Positions 56,539-64,000 of a stretch of 64,000 nt of DNA are shown in pieces. A program made the translations under genes and the position numbers. Source of the DNA: Thecamonas trahens ATCC 50062 (Eukaryota; Protista; Apusomonadida); the NCBI RefSeq assembly GCF_000142905.1, contig NW_013657639.1, positions 35,469-99,468 on the forward strand, read 5' to 3'. The notes beneath the pieces were generated by a model, which did no database searches, had not been told where the DNA came from, and was given only the letters and a program-made list of their open reading frames with translations. Every line of letters starts with the position of its first letter. Positions within the stretch are counted from its first letter, which is position 1.

Positions 56539-59500
56539 ATGGCGTCCACACACCCGACGGGGACGGGCGGGCAGTCGCTGGACATCCGGGCGCAGAAGAA
56601 GAAGGTCTTCCTCCGCTGGGTCGTCCATTATGTGGCGCCGTATGGCATCACCGTCACTGATCTGGTGGAGGACATGCGGGATGGCACTGTGCTGCTGCTG
56701 CTGCTCAAGGTGTTGACCGGAAAGGACCCCACCCCAAATTGGAAGGCTCCCACAACACCAAAGGCTCCCAGACCGCCCGGCGAGGACGAGCCGCAGCTCG
56801 AGATGCAGAAGACCTCGTCGGGCGCTGCGCTGGCCATCAAGCGAGCTGATCGCATCACCAACGTCCACAACGGCCTACTCTTCCTCTCCCGGAACGCCAA
56901 GGGCGTCTCGCTCTCGCATCTCTCGGCGGAAGACATTGTCAACGGCAAGATGAAGAGCATCTTTGATCTCGTCTACGAGCTTGTTCGCGAGTTTGAGCTG
57001 CGCAAGCTCCTCGGCGCCCGTCTTGCCGTCGGCGCCGACCTCGGCTCGCTCGAACACCAGTGCCAGGCCCTCATCCGTCTTGTGAGCGACACCCTCGCCC
57101 ACTATGTCCACGTTGACCTCAACGCGTTTCCGCACGACTTTGCCGACGGCCTCTGCCTCGCCGCCCTCCTCCACGCCACCGAGTACACCCTGATTGACTT
57201 GTACTCGATTGTCGTAGCCGCGCCGGGCGCTCCGCGTCGCGGCGAGGCCCTTCTCGACCACGCCATGGGCATCGCACACACCCTCGGTGTCCCGCGCCTC
57301 ATCGACGCCTCGGACGCGACCTCGCTCTCGTCCGAGTGCTTCATCACCTACTTTGCCACCGCCCTCAACATCATGAACGACCGCGCGCCGTCACCCGACG
57401 ACCGTCCGCTCGCCCTCGCCCAGGTCCGCGAGCTTGTTGCAGAGAACTCCCGCCTCAAGGCCGCCGCCAAGGTCATCCAGGCCAAACTTGCCTCCGTCGA
57501 CGACCACAAGCGCGAGCTCGCCGCAGAGTTTGATGAGGCCTCGGCTGAGAAAGACGCCACCGTTCGCGCCGCGCGCGCAGAGGTTGATGACCTCTCCACT
57601 CGCCTCAACGAGCTTCGCTCTCAGCTCGCTACCGCCGTCGCCGCCAACGCCCGCCTCCAGGCCTCGCTCGACACCCTGGTCCAGGACTCGTCCGCCGCCG
57701 CCGTTGCCTCGTCCGGCACCGCTGTCTCACCGCCCGAGGGCGTCGTTGCCCTTGTCGCCACCCGCATCTACGGCGCCTCGGCCCTCTGGGACGCTTCGCC
57801 CGAAGTCATGGTCGCCGCAGAGTCGCTCCTCCTGCGCTTGGTTCGCACCCTCCTCGTCGAGCGCTCGGGCTATGAAGTCTCGTGCTCCGACGGCTCGCTC
57901 CTTATCGCCTTTTCCTCTGCGCTCTCCGCCGTCGCCTTTTGCATGCGCGTCCAGATTGAGGCCATTGACCTGCCCTGGCCCGAGCGCCTCGCCTCGCTCC
58001 ATCCCGACTTTGTCGCCACCGAGCAGTCGATGGACCGCTCCACTATTTTCCGCGGCCTCCGCCTCGGCATCGGCGTCCACGTCGGCCGCCCGACCCTCAA
58101 GTCGACCGCCGTCACCTCCTCAGGCGTCACCCGCGCCGTTTACGTCGGCGGTGATGTTACACTCACAAAGTGGCTCGCCCAGGCCGCTGCAGGCGGCCAA
58201 ACTGTCCTCACCCACAAGGCATACGGCGCCGTCGCAAAATCACTTCACACTCTTGACCTCCGCGTCCACGAAGAGTCGCTCGGCAAGTTTGAGGTCTCGG
58301 GCGAGATCCAGGCCACCGGCCAGCTCTTCTCGCTCCTCCCTGAGTTCCTGGTCCACCGTCGCTTCCCCCAGCTCCGCCTCAAAGGTTCCGCCTCTGACGC
58401 CGCAGACGCGGCCAAGAACGCCCTCTCTGCCACAGAGCGCAAGTACCGCCTCCTGCAGGAACGCAACGCCGCGCTCAACAACTCCCTCAAGACCCTCTCG
58501 GCGCAGGTCGGGTCGGCCAACGAGTATGCGCTCCGCCTCGCCTCCAAGCTCCGCTCCATCAACTCCAACTCGGGAACCGACAAGGAGCTTGCCTCGCTCG
58601 TTGCAGAGCTCGACTCGGTCATGTCGCGCCAGGACAAGCTCTCGTCGCAGCTTGCCATGGCCTCGGCCGAGCGCGATGTCCTCAACTACGAGCTGACCGA
58701 GGTCAAGGACACCCTCGTCTCGGAGCGTAACTCTATCGCCGCAGACATGGCCGCTCACGCCCGCAGTGACTTGGAGACCGAGGCCGCCAGAGACGCAGAC
58801 CCTGGAAGCGGCGGCTCGCACATGATGTACAACCACAACCCCAAGCTAGTCCAGCAAATCGAAGAGCTGCAGCTCTCGCTGCGCAAGGCCACCCGCGCCG
58901 CCGCCGCCAAGGAGATCGGCCTCAAAGAGCAGCTTCGCACCACCCGCAAGCAGCTCGAAGCAGCTCAAGAGTCCATCAGAGTCCTCGACTTTAAGCTCCA
59001 ACACAACATCTACACAGATCCGGAAGAGGCTGTCCCGCTCGACGACGTGCTGAATGATTCCAATCTGCCCGAAAACTTTCCCCACCTGCCTGGCTCGGCA
59101 GCCTCGGGCGGCGGTGGGCCGGCCGGTACCTCGCTCTCGCCCCACGCCTCACGACACACCCGCCGCCACTCGGTCTCGCACGGCTCACAGTCAAGCATCG
59201 ATTCGCCCACACATCGCTCAGAAACAGGCATTGCTGGCCTGCCCACCCTCCCGCGCATCGCCACAGAGTCGGACAACGAACCAGCCGCCGTCCAGGTTGG
59301 CACCCGCCGTGCACACTCTGAAATCGAGTGGTCCAAGGAGCGCCTTGTCGAGCTCGCCCAGCAGAAAAAGGCCCGTGCCCACTCGCGCTCGCGCTCGCGA
59401 TCGCGATCGCGATCGCCCACACGCTCCCCGCCAGGCTCGCTCGACAACTCGGCCGCTTCAGTCCGCCTCAACAAGTCGGCCGCTGGCGCCCTCGACGCGT

Positions 59501-60087
59501 CGCTCAGCAACGCCCGCGGCCTCGCCGGGCCGCCCAAGATCAACAAGCGCGTCCAGACCAAGCACCACGCCCGCGTCGCCGTCGCCAAAGTCCTCAACGT
59601 CATCTACACCCGCCCGCTGCAGGAGATGTACTCGACAAAGACCGAGCTCGCCCAGGGCCACGCCCTCGCTCTCCTCTACGACACGCTCACCTCGGCGCTC
59701 TCCACCCTTTTGGCTCTCTTCCCTGGCACCATCGACTTTCTCTACTCGCTCAAGCTCTTTGTCGCCGCCCTCGACGAACGCTACAAGTGGCTCCATACCG
59801 CACGCTCCGACGTCAAGTACGACGACATTGTCGACATTGTCCACGGCTTTTGTGAAGACATCGGTGTCCTCGCCGACCCGGCCGTCGCCTCCAAGTTTAA
59901 CTCATTCTTCCGCCCGCCTGAAGACCGCGACGCCACCGATCCAGTCACGCCAAAGTCGCCGCTCTCGCCGCTCTCGCCGCTCTCACCGCGGCTCGCTTCC
60001 ACTCACCGCAAGTCGCTTGCTCCGCGCTCGCCAAACTCGCCCAACGCGCCACTCATTCCTCGCCGCCGCCGCTCGTCGCGCGCCTAG
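56539..60087 (+). CDS. Tandem calponin-homology (actinin-type actin-binding) + coiled coil + degenerate class III nucleotide cyclase domain protein
   Basis: QKKKVFLRWV..DLVEDMRDGTVLLLLLKVL..SAEDIVNG (CH1); DFADGLCLAALL..LGVPRLID (CH2); PPEGVVALVAT..LWD..GYEV..FRGLRLGIGVHVG..AAAGGQ (cyclase fold). Confidence 0.82.
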   Translation: MASTHPTGTGGQSLDIRAQKKKVFLRWVVHYVAPYGITVTDLVEDMRDGTVLLLLLKVLTGKDPTPNWKAPTTPKAPRPPGEDEPQLEMQKTSSGAALAIKRADRITNVHNGLLFLSRNAKGVSLSHLSAEDIVNGKMKSIFDLVYELVREFELRKLLGARLAVGADLGSLEHQCQALIRLVSDTLAHYVHVDLNAFPHDFADGLCLAALLHATEYTLIDLYSIVVAAPGAPRRGEALLDHAMGIAHTLGVPRLIDASDATSLSSECFITYFATALNIMNDRAPSPDDRPLALAQVRELVAENSRLKAAAKVIQAKLASVDDHKRELAAEFDEASAEKDATVRAARAEVDDLSTRLNELRSQLATAVAANARLQASLDTLVQDSSAAAVASSGTAVSPPEGVVALVATRIYGASALWDASPEVMVAAESLLLRLVRTLLVERSGYEVSCSDGSLLIAFSSALSAVAFCMRVQIEAIDLPWPERLASLHPDFVATEQSMDRSTIFRGLRLGIGVHVGRPTLKSTAVTSSGVTRAVYVGGDVTLTKWLAQAAAGGQTVLTHKAYGAVAKSLHTLDLRVHEESLGKFEVSGEIQATGQLFSLLPEFLVHRRFPQLRLKGSASDAADAAKNALSATERKYRLLQERNAALNNSLKTLSAQVGSANEYALRLASKLRSINSNSGTDKELASLVAELDSVMSRQDKLSSQLAMASAERDVLNYELTEVKDTLVSERNSIAADMAAHARSDLETEAARDADPGSGGSHMMYNHNPKLVQQIEELQLSLRKATRAAAAKEIGLKEQLRTTRKQLEAAQESIRVLDFKLQHNIYTDPEEAVPLDDVLNDSNLPENFPHLPGSAASGGGGPAGTSLSPHASRHTRRHSVSHGSQSSIDSPTHRSETGIAGLPTLPRIATESDNEPAAVQVGTRRAHSEIEWSKERLVELAQQKKARAHSRSRSRSRSRSPTRSPPGSLDNSAASVRLNKSAAGALDASLSNARGLAGPPKINKRVQTKHHARVAVAKVLNVIYTRPLQEMYSTKTELAQGHALALLYDTLTSALSTLLALFPGTIDFLYSLKLFVAALDERYKWLHTARSDVKYDDIVDIVHGFCEDIGVLADPAVASKFNSFFRPPEDRDATDPVTPKSPLSPLSPLSPRLASTHRKSLAPRSPNSPNAPLIPRRRRSSRA

Positions 60088-63000
60088 CCTGCCGCCACGC
60101 ACGCCACCGACTAAACGCCTTGCTGTCGAAGACCGCATCATCGCCGTCACTCACGATGCCTAGCTGCGTCAGTGCTTGCCATGACCCACACCTGGCTGCG
60201 CTCTCCGCCTCGTTGGCATCGGATGGCAGCTGCCGCGCAAACGCGCTCAGGCGTACATCCGCCTTCACCCGCTCCCACCACGCCGCGTGATCGAGCTCGT
60301 CTGCGCCAAGCCATTCGCCAATCGACGCAAACGCCACTTGCTGTCGGCCTTCGACCTCGAGTGGATCCGGCCCGCCGCTAGCTGCCACAGCTGTCAGTGG
60401 TGTCTGTGCCCATGCCAGTCCCGCCAGCACGCGGCCCACCACCTTGGCATCAACAAGCCGGATGCTGGCATCCGACACCGGCACTGCTCCCTGATCCTCC
60501 ATCCCGTCCACAAGAGCCGAGAACCAGTCGCGCGCGTTGCCGCGCCCGCTGGCATAGTCCGGGCCGACCATTCCGAGTCGGACAATCGGGATCGTGAGCC
60601 GAAGCTCAGCCCGCGCCGCCACGCAAACCCGCTCTGCCGCCCACTTGGAGAGTGCGTAGCCGCCCTCGTCGCCACGTGGCCCGTCGGCAGGCACCGCGCT
60701 TGCCGAAGCCGTCGAAACGTGCACGACGTAGCTTGCCCCGATGGCTCGCGCCATCTCCAACACACGGCGCGTCCCATGGACGTTGGCTTCGGCCAGCGCC
60801 GCGTAGGGATGGACGTGCGAGACCCATGCGCCGGCATGAATAACCGCCCTAATCCCGGCTCTGGTCATCACATCGACGTCGACGCCGAGGCCTGCAAGCG
60901 TGAGATCGCCCATCACCATCTCGACGCCAGCAGGAAGTGCCTCGGTGGCAGCACTTGATTCTCGCACTATGGCAAACACTCGCACTTGCGAGCCGGTCGC
61001 GATGAGCGCGTCAATCACCGCACGCCCAACATGTCCGGTCGCGCCAGTCACCAGCACGCCGTCGCGATTGTCGCGGCTCGGACCTGGTTCACAATCAAGG
61101 GTGGCAAATGGGGTCGCTACGTCAGCAAGGACGGCAGTCGCCGTGTGAGCGGCACCGTTCGACACGCTGGGCGCGCCGCCACTTGCGAGCGAGTCGGCAA
61201 CCTCCTGCAGCGACATGTCGCCCGCCAAAAAGCCCAGATCCTCCGCTGGCAGCTCGATACCCGCAGCTTTGAGCTTGGATGCCAGGCGGAGACCAGTGAG
61301 CGAGTCACCGCCCGCGCCCACAAACGAGTCGGTGAGTGCCACGCCCGAGAGCCCAAGCACGTCGGCGACCATGGCTCCAAGTGATGCCCGCGAGCACGCA
61401 GCGTCAATCGCGCCCTGGTACGCAGCTTGTAACGCCACGCGCGCCGGCTTGTGCGACGAGGTGAGGAGACCGTTGGCGACCGAAAACGGCTCCGTCTCGA
61501 TGACAACCGCAAATGGGATCTCCTGTGGCGAGATGTTGCTGTTGTCCATGGCTGCAGCTCCAGCCAGAGCGGCGATGAGCGCATCGCACGCCGCAGCTTG
61601 CACACTCGCATCGGCTGCGCGGAAGTCGGCTGCACTCGTCAACTCGCTTCCATCGGGGAGGCGAAGCGGAAAGTGTGGGACGATGACCGCTGCCACCGAA
61701 TCCTGCTGGGTACCAAACGAGCCCGAGGTGATGAAAACCTGGCGGAGTACGGCCGGAAGCGCCGAGAGGTAGGTGGCCTCGAGAGCGGCGGCGGCAACGA
61801 GGACGCCCGAGGTGAGCTTGAAGACCGACTTGATGCGATCAATGATGCGGATCTTGCGCGAGCCGCGCAGCTCGACAATGTCGCCAGTGTGAAAGTAGCC
61901 ATCGGCGTCCCAGGCATCGGCGTGCACCATGCCAGCGTCGCCGTAGTACGAGGTAATCATGAACCGTGGATCGCGGCTCTTGGCGAGGAACTCACCACGC
62001 GGGTACGGCACATCGTCGAGCGTGTACCCAAGCTCCGGCAGTGGACGGAGCTTATACATGATGTGCGAGTAGACAATGCCGGCGTCGTTGGCGATGTTGC
62101 CGAGCTCGGTCGAGCCGTAGCCGTCGCTCACGATCGGCCCAAAGACAGCGCGTAGAAAGCCGAGGACTGCGTTGTCTGACTTGGCCCCACCACATCCAAT
62201 CGACGTAAGCCGCGGGCCCAGCAGCGAGCCGTATGCCTCGATCATTTCCAATGCTATCCTCCACGCTTCGGCCTCGGCTGGAGGCATGTCATCCAGCGGG
62301 AGGGCGGCGACGGCCGAGGAGCGAAGCTCGGCCACTGCCGCTTCAGTGGCCGGAGGGGCGTAGCGCCACTCGGAGCGCGAATGCGACCACGCGGCGTCGA
62401 TCGAGATCCGCGGGAGGCCTGCAGCGTCGAGTCGCGCAAACAGCTCGCGATGAAAGTCCGAGAAGATGGCGTTCCAGAACCGCGGCGTTGCCGAGATGGT
62501 CGACGGGCCGTAGGCGAGGATGTTCTCAAACAGCGTCTCTTTTGACGAGATGACGCCGACACGGCCGCCTGAGACTAGCGCGCAGTGAACGGCTTCGCGG
62601 TCCGAGATGTGTGCCAGTGGGTCCTTGGAGAGGACAACAAACGGATCATGTCGGGCGTGCATCGAGTCGAGCAGGAGCCGCGCCCAGAGTGTCTGTGAGA
62701 AAGGCGCGCCCTTGGGCACGCCTGTCGAGCCCGAGGTGTGGACGACAGTAACAAGCGAAGACTCCAGCTCGCCAGCCGCCACCTGCCGTGGCATCAGACG
62801 GACGTCGCTCTTGCCGTGGCCCGGGTGGTAGACCGCCGACATTGGGAGAAGAACCGGCGAGGCGTCGAGGCTGGTAATGACAGCTGCAAGCCGTGGCAGC
62901 CGGGCATCGTCGACCACAAGCGCGTCAAACGCAATGGAGCCAAGAAGCGCAGCGAGAACTGCATCACGGGCATCGGTGTGGATGGGAAAGACGGTATGGG

Positions 63001-63757
63001 CTCGGAGGAGGCAGCCGAGATCCGCAATGAACCATGGGATCGAGTTGGCGCCGCAGATGCCGATCCGGAGCTGAGCTGTGGCGCGAGGCGCGAGACGCTC
63101 CTCAAGCGCGGCAGCAAAGTTAAGGGCCGCAGCGTAGACCTCAGCGTAAGTGAGAACCGAGCCCGGCGGGAGATAGAGTGGGTCACGATGGGCCATGAGA
63201 CACGGCCGCGGGCCATAGCCGGCAAAGGCCAGGGCGAGGATGGCGGGAACACTCCGCTGCGCCTCGTCGGCCGTAGCCGTGCGGATGATAGCCTGGACCG
63301 AGATGCGTGAGAGAGTCACCTCAATGTACGCCGGTAGATCGAGGCCGGCGACAGGCAGATGGGCCGTGAGTGGCGTGACCGCGGCGCACGCGGCGCACAG
63401 ATCGTAGTCGGAGACGCAAGTGGCGTGGAAGCGAGCGGTGGGCTCGATGATGTCACAGCGGCAGCCATCGCATCGGAAGACCCTCAACTGTAGATCGTCA
63501 ACCGAAGCTGTCGCCACCGGCAGCGGATGGGCGGCATCCTCCTCCTTGAGCGCGTCTAGCTTGGCCTGCAGCGCCTCCGCCCGTTTGAGCAGAACTGCCT
63601 GAGTTGGGCCGGGTCGGCTGCCTGCTGCGGAGCAGGCGTCATCCACAGGGCCATCGCCTTCATCGAGCTTTGCCAGTGTCCGCTTCAGCTGCTCTTGTAG
63701 CAGTGCCATGCGCATGGCGGCATGGGAGGTCCATGCGCTGGCTACTGTGTCGTGCAT
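60053..63757 (-). CDS. Carboxylic acid reductase-like NRPS-like enzyme (adenylation - carrier - thioester reductase) with N-terminal ZZ-type zinc finger; 5' end uncertain
   Basis: A domain HTSGSTGVPKG, GYGSTE, FHTGD, IIDRIKSVFKL, NGLLTSSHK; carrier GGDSL; R domain VTGATGHVG and YALSKWAAE; ZZ-like CDGC..RFHATCVSDYDLCAAC. Confidence 0.88.
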   Translation of the reverse strand: MHDTVASAWTSHAAMRMALLQEQLKRTLAKLDEGDGPVDDACSAAGSRPGPTQAVLLKRAEALQAKLDALKEEDAAHPLPVATASVDDLQLRVFRCDGCRCDIIEPTARFHATCVSDYDLCAACAAVTPLTAHLPVAGLDLPAYIEVTLSRISVQAIIRTATADEAQRSVPAILALAFAGYGPRPCLMAHRDPLYLPPGSVLTYAEVYAAALNFAAALEERLAPRATAQLRIGICGANSIPWFIADLGCLLRAHTVFPIHTDARDAVLAALLGSIAFDALVVDDARLPRLAAVITSLDASPVLLPMSAVYHPGHGKSDVRLMPRQVAAGELESSLVTVVHTSGSTGVPKGAPFSQTLWARLLLDSMHARHDPFVVLSKDPLAHISDREAVHCALVSGGRVGVISSKETLFENILAYGPSTISATPRFWNAIFSDFHRELFARLDAAGLPRISIDAAWSHSRSEWRYAPPATEAAVAELRSSAVAALPLDDMPPAEAEAWRIALEMIEAYGSLLGPRLTSIGCGGAKSDNAVLGFLRAVFGPIVSDGYGSTELGNIANDAGIVYSHIMYKLRPLPELGYTLDDVPYPRGEFLAKSRDPRFMITSYYGDAGMVHADAWDADGYFHTGDIVELRGSRKIRIIDRIKSVFKLTSGVLVAAAALEATYLSALPAVLRQVFITSGSFGTQQDSVAAVIVPHFPLRLPDGSELTSAADFRAADASVQAAACDALIAALAGAAAMDNSNISPQEIPFAVVIETEPFSVANGLLTSSHKPARVALQAAYQGAIDAACSRASLGAMVADVLGLSGVALTDSFVGAGGDSLTGLRLASKLKAAGIELPAEDLGFLAGDMSLQEVADSLASGGAPSVSNGAAHTATAVLADVATPFATLDCEPGPSRDNRDGVLVTGATGHVGRAVIDALIATGSQVRVFAIVRESSAATEALPAGVEMVMGDLTLAGLGVDVDVMTRAGIRAVIHAGAWVSHVHPYAALAEANVHGTRRVLEMARAIGASYVVHVSTASASAVPADGPRGDEGGYALSKWAAERVCVAARAELRLTIPIVRLGMVGPDYASGRGNARDWFSALVDGMEDQGAVPVSDASIRLVDAKVVGRVLAGLAWAQTPLTAVAASGGPDPLEVEGRQQVAFASIGEWLGADELDHAAWWERVKADVRLSAFARQLPSDANEAESAARCGSWQALTQLGIVSDGDDAVFDSKAFSRWRAWRQARRATSGGGEE

Positions 63758-64000
63758 GGGGGGGGGGAGAGAGAGGAGGGGTGTGAGACACGAGGCACGA
63801 GGGGCGGGGGGGGAGGGGGGGGGGGGGGGGCAAGAGGGAAGGATTGGCCGATGGAAGTGGCGATGGGAATGGGAATGGGAATAGGCGTACATCCATGATG
63901 AGCTCGGCAGGGAGGGCAAGGAGAGAGGATGTGTGGGTGGTCATTGATGAGTACGTCGTGGTGAGTGGGGTCGGAGGGAGTGGAGGGTCAATGCTTGGTG

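Noticed and set aside
56539-63757. Secondary-metabolite gene cluster around the CAR
   Set aside because: Neighbours within the window are cytoskeletal and ubiquitin genes, with no tailoring enzymes, PPTase or transporter. The other flank is outside the window.
63891-63944. F-box-like first exon MTTHTSSLLALPAELIMD|GTACGC for the CAR gene
   Set aside because: The donor is phase 0 but the nearby acceptors (63745, 63742, 63738) are phase 1 or 2 relative to the CAR frame. It cannot be joined without assuming another error, so it is left unresolved.

Overview
This is GC-rich, very gene-dense eukaryotic (protist) nuclear DNA with few, short GT-AG introns and three assembly gaps (16299-16398, 44696-45088, 51391-51490). 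Composition and the ciliary genes suggest a free-living flagellate, such as an apusomonad like Thecamonas; this is inference only. About 25 protein-coding genes are supported; no rRNA, tRNA, CRISPR or transposon is supported. Housekeeping genes: TFIIE-alpha, CaMKK, PUF60-like, AHI1/Jouberin, RPS27, POP1, PLAA/Doa1, LOG, homoserine dehydrogenase, lysophospholipid acyltransferase and a CBP4-like protein. The most notable find is a tandem pair of membrane-anchored histidine-brace (LPMO-like) genes, visible only after splicing because the second copper-ligand His codon is split by an intron. Other highlights: a ZZ-finger/carboxylic-acid-reductase (A-T-R) enzyme; an F-box-ankyrin-CaaX protein with Legionella AnkB-like architecture; a heme peroxidase-ankyrin fusion; a pseudo-kinesin/CCDC78 fusion; a CH-CH/pseudo-cyclase fusion; a ~2,540-aa Kelch/EGF/PSI multi-pass receptor; and eight frameshifts in five genes that all have -1 polarity.
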